A program made the position numbers and the translations under genes. A model generated the notes under the pieces. The model made no database searches and was not told where the DNA came from. It saw only the letters and a program-made list of their open reading frames with translations. A stretch of 17,524 nucleotides of DNA from Oligoflexales bacterium (GTDB lineage Bacteria > Bdellovibrionota_B > Oligoflexia > Oligoflexales > CAIYRB01): positions 1 to 17,524 of the forward strand of contig JBGSUI010000125.1 in the NCBI GenBank assembly GCA_041736175.1, written 5' to 3'. Positions 7,883-17,160 of this stretch are shown here, piece by piece (within the stretch, counting starts at the first letter, position 1; every line of letters begins with the position of its first letter).

Positions 7883-7978
7883 AAGTTGTTTCCCCACCGA
7901 GTGTCCCGGGATGACAAACTTGGTCCCGAAGAGTGGGTTGTGAATAGTGCTTTAAAACAATTTAAGGGAGGACTGATT

Positions 7979-8800
7979 ATGTTAACCCAAACTATCAAAA
8001 TGATCTTACTGAGTCTTTTGTTGTTATCTTGTGGTTCCCAACAAAAATCAGATAATAAAAAGGACAAAAATGAAAGTACAAGTCTTAGCACGAGTTCCAA
8101 AGTGGAGACATCCGTGACACTTGACGGGCGACCTGTCTATCAAACAGGTAAATGCCAGGCCGATGTAGGTTGCATCAAAGGTTTTATTTCCCATGGGATG
8201 AGATTGACGATTGCACCACAGGAATCAGGCTCATCTTCAGAGCAAAAAGGCGTTGAGGGTCATAATGTCAGTAACAAAACCTATGAGTTTAACGACGCAC
8301 AAGATTTTGGCGACCGTTTTGATACAGCTTTTTTGACCCCATTAATCCCAGAAGAAAAAAGGAATCTCTATAAATTTAAGGTATTACCGACAGTTAAGAG
8401 GGATAACTTTGCCTCGCAATTTGAAATTTACGCTGAAGGAATTGAGGCCCGTGACATCCGAGTAAAAATGAAGGGGGATGGCAACTTTGTCGTCGGAGAT
8501 ATGACTGCGTTTGATAACGCTACCTTAAGGGCTGTAAAAATATTTCGTATAGAAGCCTCCAAGACAAGTGAACCGGACTCCAAAGACGTTGTCTCAAAGA
8601 CAGTGATTTGTCTGGAAATTGCGGCACAGGTAAGAGACTTAAAAGTTGAGGCTGGAAAAAGCACCCAGATCGGTGGATTAAGAAACTTCACATTCCACTA
8701 CACCGAAGATGAGACCCTGTGTGCCAACATTACAGATTCTAGCGGATCGACGGATACCCCTGCAAGTAAACTTCCATCCGTGAAACCCAATATCCCTTAG
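7979..8800 (+). CDS. Lipoprotein of unknown function (Cys-containing beta-rich domain)
   Basis: Signal peptide II 'MLTQTIKMILLSLLLLS|CG'. GGAGG RBS before ATG 7979 (the track start at 7874 is probably too long). A Ser/Lys-rich linker follows the Cys. Confidence 0.85.
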   Translation: MLTQTIKMILLSLLLLSCGSQQKSDNKKDKNESTSLSTSSKVETSVTLDGRPVYQTGKCQADVGCIKGFISHGMRLTIAPQESGSSSEQKGVEGHNVSNKTYEFNDAQDFGDRFDTAFLTPLIPEEKRNLYKFKVLPTVKRDNFASQFEIYAEGIEARDIRVKMKGDGNFVVGDMTAFDNATLRAVKIFRIEASKTSEPDSKDVVSKTVICLEIAAQVRDLKVEAGKSTQIGGLRNFTFHYTEDETLCANITDSSGSTDTPASKLPSVKPNIP

Positions 8801-8828
8801 GGCTTTTGGGCAGAGAAAAATCTTGGAA

Positions 8829-8854
8829 TCACCCTCTTGTTATATAGCCGACGA
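8829..8854 (+). promoter_or_regulatory. Putative sigma28-type promoter
   Basis: TCAC-N14-GCCGACGA, about 70 nt before ATG 8924. Confidence 0.35.
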
Positions 8855-8923
8855 TTCCAAGATTTTCTGCTCTCGAAATTCTGTATGACAAGTGTGACTG
8901 TCACTTTAAAAAAGGGGTTGTCT

Positions 8924-10732
8924 ATGAAAGAAGTCATGAATGCAATCATTTCAATGATACTGATTCAGAATGCCACGGTCAATTGCAGCCGTGAGCAGCA
9001 GAATGAGGGCAGTCATGAAACAAGTGCTGAGACGATTCTCTTCGCTGAAGAAAGCGACTGTAAAAGTGTCGAACCTTCGTTAACCTGCATTGCAGGTAGC
9101 ATAAGCAATATGAACCTAAAAATAGTCGAACGCGATCTCTCTGGGCTATTTGTCCCGAAACAAGGTGGTGTATCGTTTGAACTTGCCCAAGGTCAAGAAT
9201 TCTTTGCTAAGTTCCCGATATTTGCCTTAGACCAAGAACCTAACCAACGACACATTCTCGAAAAAGTCGATCGCTACAATCCAGAACAAAACCGCTTTTC
9301 GTCTCAAAACAGTACGGAGCCTTTTTCCGAGAATTTCACGATTAGGCTCGATGGACCAACTAAATACGAGAAAAGGATTGCAAGAGACGACCGATTCCAG
9401 ATGGTAGGGCTTAAAAATGGGCGATATACCCTAGTGCTGAATAAAATCTATGAAGCCACTTTTCGACAAGGAGCCACACGAAAGAAAATATGTTTGTCTG
9501 TTGACTATTACCGCGACGATCTTGAATTAACCCAATCAACCCTTCAAATAAATATCGCCTCCATTTCGGAATTTCTTTATTACTTTCGCGAAGATCATGA
9601 TTGCTACGCCTTCAAGCCACTGCCCCTTCCTAGTAGACCCGTCGTGGTATCACCAGGGACCATAGAGACAGTACAGAGTGAGGAAGTCTCTCCCCAAAAT
9701 ACGGTCCAGAATAAAACTCAAGGGACACAGAATAGAATTTCGGACAAAGCCAGTGAAACGATGCCGACGCCATCCATTCCGGTCAGATCCATCAATTTTG
9801 AGAAGGAATCCCAGGCTTTCTGTGGCGGCGGTGAGCCGAGTTTGTTACCTAATGACGAAGGACTGTATTCAAACTGGATCCTTTTCAATAAGCCTGGTGA
9901 ATTTGCCGTCAAGAAAGTTCGACTGTCGGATTTGTCTCGTGATTTTTCCCGTGACTGGAAAACGGATTTAGATTTCTACCGACTCTGTCAAAATGACTTT
10001 TATAGCTCAAAAATATTAACAGGATGGGCTGAAGACCATGAGTTTACACTGTGGTCTAACTGTCGTAGTGCCGGCAAGGAGTATGTGGAGTGGTGTGAGA
10101 TCCCCACCCAATCATCAATGTATCCCGCAAGAAAATGTGAGCGTTTTCTGTCTCAAGGCCTTATTCCATGGGCACCCATCATTGACAAAAAACAAGCCAA
10201 ATTTTCAAAATCAGGATTGTGGGAAATCAGTCATTCCCCGGTGAAATATCAAAAATATGCGGGGTCCGATGGAACTCTTTACTCTTTGGATCAAACGATT
10301 TTTACTGTTTCTAATCCAAAATCAAAATGCCAGATCCAAGGCGATTTTAAGTCCACTGGCTTTTATCCCATGAATGAGAATCAAATTGTTCATTATGATG
10401 GACGAAATTTGAATCTTGTCGACCTGACCAAGTGCATCGTAGCCGAAGGGTATCAGATAAGACCTATTGCAGGATCATTCTATGATCGACAACCAGTGAT
10501 TATTCCTAATAAATCCTCACTTGTCATTGTCGGGACCTTTAATGACACCGTGATTGTCGAAGTACTGGATATGGAAAATAAAGGGAAGACCACTGCACTA
10601 GGGCAAAGCAAGGTCCAGAAGGCTGATCAAAACTATGATGTGCTTCCTTATCTTAACGGCGGAAGATTATCGCTGATAATTCTTTATAGAAAATCAAACG
10701 GATGTTTTACGTTTCAAAATGTCTTTTTATAA
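8924..10732 (+). CDS. Secreted/lipoprotein-like Cys-rich protein; N-terminal domain paralogous to 7979..8800, C-terminal beta-rich region
   Basis: AAGGGG RBS before ATG 8924. Atypical leader 'MKEVMNAIISMILIQNATVN|CS'. Visible motif-by-motif similarity to the upstream lipoprotein, and a Pro/Thr/Gln linker mid-protein. Confidence 0.8.
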   Translation: MKEVMNAIISMILIQNATVNCSREQQNEGSHETSAETILFAEESDCKSVEPSLTCIAGSISNMNLKIVERDLSGLFVPKQGGVSFELAQGQEFFAKFPIFALDQEPNQRHILEKVDRYNPEQNRFSSQNSTEPFSENFTIRLDGPTKYEKRIARDDRFQMVGLKNGRYTLVLNKIYEATFRQGATRKKICLSVDYYRDDLELTQSTLQINIASISEFLYYFREDHDCYAFKPLPLPSRPVVVSPGTIETVQSEEVSPQNTVQNKTQGTQNRISDKASETMPTPSIPVRSINFEKESQAFCGGGEPSLLPNDEGLYSNWILFNKPGEFAVKKVRLSDLSRDFSRDWKTDLDFYRLCQNDFYSSKILTGWAEDHEFTLWSNCRSAGKEYVEWCEIPTQSSMYPARKCERFLSQGLIPWAPIIDKKQAKFSKSGLWEISHSPVKYQKYAGSDGTLYSLDQTIFTVSNPKSKCQIQGDFKSTGFYPMNENQIVHYDGRNLNLVDLTKCIVAEGYQIRPIAGSFYDRQPVIIPNKSSLVIVGTFNDTVIVEVLDMENKGKTTALGQSKVQKADQNYDVLPYLNGGRLSLIILYRKSNGCFTFQNVFL

Positions 10733-10754
10733 AAAGATTGAAAGGGGATCAAAA

Positions 10755-12671
10755 ATGAAAAATCTGACTTTTACTCTTAAGACACTAACCTTGGCGATGG
10801 TACTAGGAATGATCTTGGCGTGTGGAGGTGGAGGTGGATCTGACAACTCCGAGACATCGGCGAAATCGGAAACCAAGCTACCAGCAAAGAGCAAGGATAC
10901 CCCAGAAAAAGAAGTGCCAAAAGACTCTGGAGTTCCGCCGACAACGGTAGACTCAGATGGTGGCGATAATATTACCGGTACTGCACAAGGAACACCCCAA
11001 AATGAACCCCAGTCACAAAATGATCAAAAGCCAAGCGCTGGGCAAAAGACGGGAGCCTCCTGTTTAACTGATACTTGTACGGCCCGGGTGCCACCGGCTT
11101 TGGATCTTCAGTTTGATAGTCTCAATTATTTTGACCCGTCGACGACACAGTGCCAGCTTGCAAATGACAGTGTCATCCTAAAATCTTCGTCGACAGGTCG
11201 TCTGGTAGTCATCTATCGGGCGAAATACAGCAGCCTAGGGCGCTGGCAACTTTATGCCCAGCAGGTGTCTCTCGAGAATGGTATTAAGCCAGCCCTTAGG
11301 GGAAATCGAGTTAATCTGCTTCCCACTTGCGATGGGAATGTTGCAGGTGTCACGAGCTTTTCTGTGACAGGTGGGACTCCTCGGGGAAGTTCGACTGGTC
11401 TCAGGGCGTTCTCTGTAGACGAGATGGAAGACCTCGCAACAGTGACCATTAAAATAACCTGTGTGAATTCATTCCAAAGCCGAACCCTGAATCTTGATCT
11501 AGATAGCCTTGTTGAAGTGGCTGGTGCTACCTTACCGCTGCTATCCTCGCGAGGTGCTGTAGCCTACTGGTCGGCCAAAGACCTCTACATCATGGCCGAT
11601 GGCTCTACCCTAAAAGGTGATGGGCTCGCAGCCAATACGTGGTTACCGCAAATGCCCAGTCTCGCAGCCAGCGGTTTGCCCCGAGATATTACGGATTATA
11701 CATCCACCACAGTGTCACTGGCATCCAATAGAACCACGCCTTCAACCCTATTCAAGCTGCGATTGCAAGTAGTCCATCCGAATCCCACAGAACTAAGGGC
11801 TTACATTGTATCTCCTTCGGGGTCTTATTTTGATATTGCACTCGACGCAAATTCGGTCCGAAATGGTCTCAATCAGGAATACACCTTATCGATGACCTCC
11901 CGCCAGAATCCAGGAGATTGGAAGCTAACCATCATGGATTCATCAACCCGTAATGTGGGTAGCCTTCAACGATTTGAAATTCAAGAAACAACCAAGTTTT
12001 CGCGATCTATGGGCGAATATCAGGGTGGAATTTATCTCGAATTGAACACGGGCGAGATGGTTTTTATCAGCGATAATCTGTCACGAACCCAACTTGACTG
12101 GTCATCGGCGGTAGCAAGCGGCTTTAGTGATGCCCAATATGGCTTTTACCTTGTCAGCCAGACCGAGCTTTTATCCCATAACATCAGTCGATGGAGTGGT
12201 GAAGCTCTAGTTTCCGTCTCCCAACCCCTTGGGTATTTAAGCTTAGGACCCACTGCGGCTAGAGCAACTGTCTATGGTCGATATTCTGACTGTAGTTGGG
12301 ACAGTACTGCGCGATTTTTTGGAAATATCCTGCGAAGTTGCTCATCTCAAAGCTGGTCTTGGCAAAGTAAGGTTAGGATGATTTCCAAGGGCTCGAAGAA
12401 ATTGATTTGGCGTGCGACTGCCGGGAGAGAGTTGGTTTATATCTCCGGTGTCGAAACAAACTATCGATCGTGCCGTGATTCCTCCAATTTATTTGTTTGC
12501 GAACTGAGTTCGTTTGATCTTTCCAACGGGACTTTGAACGCAACGGTAGAAAATCGCACCGCACTAGACTTTTACAATAATGACCGGGGATTTTTGGGCT
12601 CCAAATGGATTCTGGAGCGCAACGAAGGTAACAAGGGTTTGATTTTTATATCGAATAACTTTTTTAACTAA
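10755..12671 (+). CDS. Lipoprotein with a proprotein-convertase P-domain
   Basis: Lipobox 'MVLGMILA|CGGGGG' and a low-complexity tether. P-domain pattern 'VVHPNPTELRAYIVSPSG...NPGDWKLTIMDSSTRNVGSLQRFEI' at about 11679-11984. AAGGGG RBS. Confidence 0.85.
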   Translation: MKNLTFTLKTLTLAMVLGMILACGGGGGSDNSETSAKSETKLPAKSKDTPEKEVPKDSGVPPTTVDSDGGDNITGTAQGTPQNEPQSQNDQKPSAGQKTGASCLTDTCTARVPPALDLQFDSLNYFDPSTTQCQLANDSVILKSSSTGRLVVIYRAKYSSLGRWQLYAQQVSLENGIKPALRGNRVNLLPTCDGNVAGVTSFSVTGGTPRGSSTGLRAFSVDEMEDLATVTIKITCVNSFQSRTLNLDLDSLVEVAGATLPLLSSRGAVAYWSAKDLYIMADGSTLKGDGLAANTWLPQMPSLAASGLPRDITDYTSTTVSLASNRTTPSTLFKLRLQVVHPNPTELRAYIVSPSGSYFDIALDANSVRNGLNQEYTLSMTSRQNPGDWKLTIMDSSTRNVGSLQRFEIQETTKFSRSMGEYQGGIYLELNTGEMVFISDNLSRTQLDWSSAVASGFSDAQYGFYLVSQTELLSHNISRWSGEALVSVSQPLGYLSLGPTAARATVYGRYSDCSWDSTARFFGNILRSCSSQSWSWQSKVRMISKGSKKLIWRATAGRELVYISGVETNYRSCRDSSNLFVCELSSFDLSNGTLNATVENRTALDFYNNDRGFLGSKWILERNEGNKGLIFISNNFFN

Positions 12672-12698
12672 GAATATTGGGTGTTTATATTTTTAATC

Positions 12699-12725
12699 TC
12701 AGCGTGAGGTTGATTATTCCGAATG
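12699..12725 (+). promoter_or_regulatory. Putative sigma28-type promoter for the WYL operon
   Basis: TCAG-N15-TCCGAATG in the short intergenic gap, about 30 nt before ATG 12755. Confidence 0.35.
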
Positions 12726-12754
12726 TGATCACGAGATAGCGAAAGGAGTTGCCT

Positions 12755-13768
12755 ATGTCAGGCCGAAATTCACAGGTTTCAAGGATCTACAAATTGCTGA
12801 CACTGCTCGAAAATGCTCCCCATGGCCTGACGGCCCAGGAATTAAGAGGACGCATGGAAGACCGAGGGTTTGAAGTCAGCCAGAGAACCATCTATCGTGA
12901 CCTCGATGCTCTGCGTGGGGCGGGGTTTCCTCTAGACGAAAAAGTCTCCGATGGGAACGAAGGGTCGCGGTGGACGTTAGATCGGACGACTAAAATCCAC
13001 CAACATCTCGTCATAAACTCGCGCGAAATTCTGGCGCTTTGCTTGGCAAAAGGCACCTTATTACCGCTTCAAGCAACTCCTTTTTATGCGGACCTTACAT
13101 CGTTTTTCAATAAGATAGAAGAAAAGTTTGGCGAAAAAAACCGGGCTTTTATGGCTGAGATTGTGAACGAGATCCACTTTGAGCCTGGTCCAGTCTGGGG
13201 ACTAGGAATCAGTCCTGAAATTATCGATACGATTATGGCCGCCTGCTCAGAGAGGCAGTGGCTGTCCATCGTGTATTATTCAGCCAATTCGGGGGAGACA
13301 ACAGAGCGGCGTGTGGGTCCACAGTTTCTTTATTATTCCAAGGGTGCTCTCTATTTTGTTGCAGAGGATCGGGGAGATGGAGTCATCAAACATTTTAGTG
13401 TGGCGCGGATCCAAAAGGCGACGTTGCTCGAAGAACCCTATGATGCCGCTATCCAAGATCCAAAGACTTATTTTGCCGGAAGCTTTGGCGTCTATCGAGG
13501 TGACAAGACTGAATCGGTAAAGCTGCTTTTTGACCGCAAAATTGCTTCCTATATCAAAGAACGCAAGTGGCATCCCAGCCAGCAAACAATAGTCCGCAAT
13601 CAGGGTGTCGTGGAACTTAATCTAGAAGTCGCCATAACTCCAGAACTGGTGCAGTGGGTCCTTGGTTTTGGACCTAATGTGACCATTAAAGAGCCAATAT
13701 CACTGAAGGATAAAATCCAAGAGCAGGCCGAAGCAACCCTGCAGCTCTATCATAAACGAGTATCTTAA
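12755..13768 (+). CDS. HTH-WYL-WCX transcriptional regulator (YafY/PafBC/DriD-like)
   Basis: wHTH 'VSQRTIYRDLDAL'; WYL 'IVYYSA...RRVGP..L.Y..GALYFVA......KHFSVARI'; WCX 'ERKWHPSQ...ELVQWVLGFGPNVTIKEP.SL'. AAGGAG RBS favours ATG 12755. Confidence 0.95.
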   Translation: MSGRNSQVSRIYKLLTLLENAPHGLTAQELRGRMEDRGFEVSQRTIYRDLDALRGAGFPLDEKVSDGNEGSRWTLDRTTKIHQHLVINSREILALCLAKGTLLPLQATPFYADLTSFFNKIEEKFGEKNRAFMAEIVNEIHFEPGPVWGLGISPEIIDTIMAACSERQWLSIVYYSANSGETTERRVGPQFLYYSKGALYFVAEDRGDGVIKHFSVARIQKATLLEEPYDAAIQDPKTYFAGSFGVYRGDKTESVKLLFDRKIASYIKERKWHPSQQTIVRNQGVVELNLEVAITPELVQWVLGFGPNVTIKEPISLKDKIQEQAEATLQLYHKRVS

Positions 13769-13788
13769 GAGGGAGACGGAGGACGACG

Positions 13789-16700
13789 ATGCATAACAAG
13801 AGCCCTGATGGGAAAATTACGTTTTCGCCTTCTGATCTATGTTTGTTTACAGAATCTCCTTTTGCTTCGTGGATGGACCACTTAGAGTTGGTCGCACCAG
13901 GCACATATAAACGTGACGGCGATGACCCGATGAACAAGATTCTTCAGAATCATGGTATCAAGCACGAGTCATCCACTTTGGCTCGTCTCCAAAGCGAAGG
14001 AAAAACAGTTAAAGATCTTACGGGATCACGGCGTCCGGAAGACACTCTTGCAGCAATGCAAAGTGGCGTTGACCTCATCTACCAAGCACCACTTGCCACT
14101 GGATCATTCGCCGGCATTGCCGACTTCCTAATGAAGGCCCCCGGCACATCAAGTCTGGGCAACTATCACTACGAAGTTTGGGACAGTAAACTGGCTGGAA
14201 GCACCAAAGCATACTTTTTGTTGCAACTGTCTGCTTATGCGGACATGATCGTCGCCCTCCAAGGAGTAAAACCTGAAAATGTCGGTGTTTTTCTAGGGGA
14301 TGGGAAAAGCGAAGCCTTTCGGACTCAGAGTTTTTTTTCTTACTACACGGCCGTTAAACAGCATTTTCTGGACTTTCATCGCGACTTTAATCCAGAAAAA
14401 GCTCCAGATCCTGCCCTCGTGAGGAGTTACGGGAGATGGTCCGAAGCGGCTGAAACAATCATTAAAGCCAATGATTCTGTAGCCCAAGTGGCAAGAGTCA
14501 GCAAGTCGCAGATGCGAAAACTCGCCGTTGTTGGGATCAAAACGGTTACAGAGTTGGCAACAACACCATTACAAAGTGTCCATGGCATCGCCCAAGAAGT
14601 TTTCGAGCGACTCAAAGCACAGGCCCACATCCAATGGACCTCTCGTGGACAGGGGATTCCTCGCTGGGAACTCTTGAAAAGATCCCCCGCCAATGGGAAG
14701 GGGGCCCTACCACCTTCCAACCTTATGGATATTTTCTTTGACATGGAAGGCTTTCCATTGACGAAGGACGGTCTAGAATATCTCTGGGGCTGGGTGCAGA
14801 TCGATAAATCTGGACCAGAATTTTGCTGTCTTTGGGCCCATGACCACGATAGCGAAAGCCAAGCATTTGAAAAATTTGTGTCGATGGTGCACCAAAGATG
14901 GACGGCCAATCCAGGCATGCATGTCTACCATTACGCCTCCTACGAACCTTCTACCATCAAGCGGCTTGCTGGCAAACGCGGGCTCTGTGAACGACAGGTG
15001 GACGACCTTCTTCGTAATGGGGTTTTTGTCGATTTATATGAAGTTATTAAAAATAATTTCCTGGTCGGAACTCAAAGTTATTCACTTAAGAAAATAGAGC
15101 TCTTATACCGTGACAAAAGGTCAGCATCGCTCAAAGATGCGGCTTCTTCGGTCGTTTTCTACCAAAATTGGCTTGATACACGGGCTAAAAATGGCCCCCA
15201 AGATAGGGAACAATCTAACCGGATTTTGGAAGAGATCAGGCAATATAACGAAGACGATTGTCGCTCGACATTCGAACTCGAACGCTGGATTCGCAAAGTT
15301 TTTGAAGATCATAATCATCACACCGAACAGACTATCGAGGAACCTCGAAGCATTGAGGACGACTCAGAACTCAAAGATTTAAAGTACAGATTGACTCAAT
15401 TAGGCAACGTGGGTGTTCTCATAGCAGATCTTCTTGGCTACAAGCTTCGGGAACAGCGCCCCGAGTGGTGGGCTTATTTCGCTCGTCTTGAGGGCGACGA
15501 TCAGATGCTTTATGAAGACTCAGAATGTTTGGCACAACTACAACGTACGAAAACCCCTCCCATCAACGAAAAGAGAAGTCTAGTATATGAATATAAGTTC
15601 GATCCTGATCAGGAATTTAAAGGTCATGCTGGCAGTTCGATGCGCTCACAAATGGAACCTGACACGAAAATCGAAATCTTTGAGATGGAAGAGTCCGTGG
15701 GACTGATTCGTCTCAAAAAATCCGGCAAAGATCCAATGCCAGAACGAGTCAACTTGATTCCGGAGCGTCCAGGGAAGACCGCTTATGAAAAAAATGTGCT
15801 CGAATACGCCTCGTCTTATGCTGATGGACAAAGGCACCGGGCACTTGATGATTTTTTGTGCCGCAATCCGCCCCGCCTTACGACAGGAACTCTTCCCGGT
15901 CGAACCGTCGGGGATAAGACCGAACCGAACACGATGACGCAAGACATCGTCAAGACAGTAGAAAATCTTAATGAATCCAGTCTGATTATCCAGGGACCGC
16001 CTGGATCAGGGAAAACCTATGTGGGATCACACTGCATTGCTAGCCTTGTGAAATCAGGAAAGCGGATCGGTATCATGTCCAATAGCCACAAAGCAATCGA
16101 CAACCTCCTATTGGCCAGTGTGGCGGTCATGGAGAGCCAAAACATACCAGCATGTGTCATTAAGATTGATGGAGATAGTAGTATTGACCATAAAAAAGTG
16201 AAAATTGTCGATAGGGCCGGCCTCCTGCAGAAGGGGGATTCTTTCGATGTCGTGGGAGGGACCGTTTGGGCATTCTCCCATGATAATCTTGACAGTACCC
16301 TGGACTATTTGTTTATCGACGAAGCGGGGCAGGTTAGCTTGGCTCATTTGGTATCAGTAGCAAGGTCCACCAAAAATTTGGTCTTCCTTGGTGACCAGAT
16401 GCAACTCTCCCAACCCACCAAAGGAACCCACCCGCGGGAAAGTGGCTTATCATGCCTAGATTACTTTCTCCAAGGTCATGCCACAATCCCCCTTGATTTA
16501 GGGATATTTCTTAATAAGACCCGACGTCTCCATCCAGATATTTGCCGAGTCATTTCCCAACAAGTCTACGATGGCCGCCTCGAACCTTTTACCACGAATA
16601 AAAATCGGCTGATTAAGCCCAACGGGACTGAAAAATACGTTCAGAAAAACGCCGGGATCATCCACGTTCCCGTCAACCACCAGGGTAATCGACAGCAAAG

Positions 16701-17160
16701 CGACGAAGAGGCCGATGTTGTTTGCAGCATCGTTGAAGAACTTTTAAGAACAAATCATTCCGACATAAATGGCAAAGATCTCCGCAAACTCAAACCCGAA
16801 GATATTCTCATTGTTTCCCCCTATAATTTGCAGGTCAAATTGCTTGATAAAAAACTGGGGACCGACAGGTTTCGCGTGGGGACAGTCGACAAATTCCAAG
16901 GTCAAGAGGCTCCTGTTGTGATCGTGAGTTTTGCCGCGAGTTCAGCGGAAGAAGCGCCCCGAGGTATCAAATTTCTATTCGACAAGCATCGCCTTAATGT
17001 CGCTGTTTCGCGCGCCCAGTCGTTGGCCATTTTAGTCAGTAGTGCCGATTTGCAGAATACATTTGTGAACGATGTGGACTCGATGGAGTTGGTGAACTTT
17101 TTTTTGGAGCTTCTGGCACAGGGCGGAGGAGGGTCATGGGTGGATGATGAAGCGGCTTAG
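13789..17160 (+). CDS. TM0106-family RecB-like PD-(D/E)xK nuclease + RNase H-like/exonuclease domain + UPF1/DNA2-like SF1B helicase
   Basis: 'FSPSDL'; nuclease 'GIADFL..YEVWDSKLA..LQLSAY'; 'FFDMEG..HYASYE..YSLKKIE..YNEDDC'; helicase 'QGPPGSGKT', 'IDEAGQ', 'LGDQMQL', 'RRLHP', 'SPYNLQV', 'TVDKFQGQE', 'RLNVAVSRA'. GGAGG RBS. Confidence 0.95.
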   Translation: MHNKSPDGKITFSPSDLCLFTESPFASWMDHLELVAPGTYKRDGDDPMNKILQNHGIKHESSTLARLQSEGKTVKDLTGSRRPEDTLAAMQSGVDLIYQAPLATGSFAGIADFLMKAPGTSSLGNYHYEVWDSKLAGSTKAYFLLQLSAYADMIVALQGVKPENVGVFLGDGKSEAFRTQSFFSYYTAVKQHFLDFHRDFNPEKAPDPALVRSYGRWSEAAETIIKANDSVAQVARVSKSQMRKLAVVGIKTVTELATTPLQSVHGIAQEVFERLKAQAHIQWTSRGQGIPRWELLKRSPANGKGALPPSNLMDIFFDMEGFPLTKDGLEYLWGWVQIDKSGPEFCCLWAHDHDSESQAFEKFVSMVHQRWTANPGMHVYHYASYEPSTIKRLAGKRGLCERQVDDLLRNGVFVDLYEVIKNNFLVGTQSYSLKKIELLYRDKRSASLKDAASSVVFYQNWLDTRAKNGPQDREQSNRILEEIRQYNEDDCRSTFELERWIRKVFEDHNHHTEQTIEEPRSIEDDSELKDLKYRLTQLGNVGVLIADLLGYKLREQRPEWWAYFARLEGDDQMLYEDSECLAQLQRTKTPPINEKRSLVYEYKFDPDQEFKGHAGSSMRSQMEPDTKIEIFEMEESVGLIRLKKSGKDPMPERVNLIPERPGKTAYEKNVLEYASSYADGQRHRALDDFLCRNPPRLTTGTLPGRTVGDKTEPNTMTQDIVKTVENLNESSLIIQGPPGSGKTYVGSHCIASLVKSGKRIGIMSNSHKAIDNLLLASVAVMESQNIPACVIKIDGDSSIDHKKVKIVDRAGLLQKGDSFDVVGGTVWAFSHDNLDSTLDYLFIDEAGQVSLAHLVSVARSTKNLVFLGDQMQLSQPTKGTHPRESGLSCLDYFLQGHATIPLDLGIFLNKTRRLHPDICRVISQQVYDGRLEPFTTNKNRLIKPNGTEKYVQKNAGIIHVPVNHQGNRQQSDEEADVVCSIVEELLRTNHSDINGKDLRKLKPEDILIVSPYNLQVKLLDKKLGTDRFRVGTVDKFQGQEAPVVIVSFAASSAEEAPRGIKFLFDKHRLNVAVSRAQSLAILVSSADLQNTFVNDVDSMELVNFFLELLAQGGGGSWVDDEAA

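Noticed and set aside
7753..8100. 115-aa minus-strand ORF with a hydrophobic N-terminus abutting the Sel1 gene
   Set aside because: It is the antisense shadow of the Lys/Asn-rich lipoprotein N-terminus and promoter region; the lipoprotein has the better RBS and lipobox.
844..16698. Other short nested or antisense ORFs in the track (e.g. 14427..14918, 13280..13585, 2355..2627)
   Set aside because: They lie wholly or mostly inside well-supported genes and show no family motifs.
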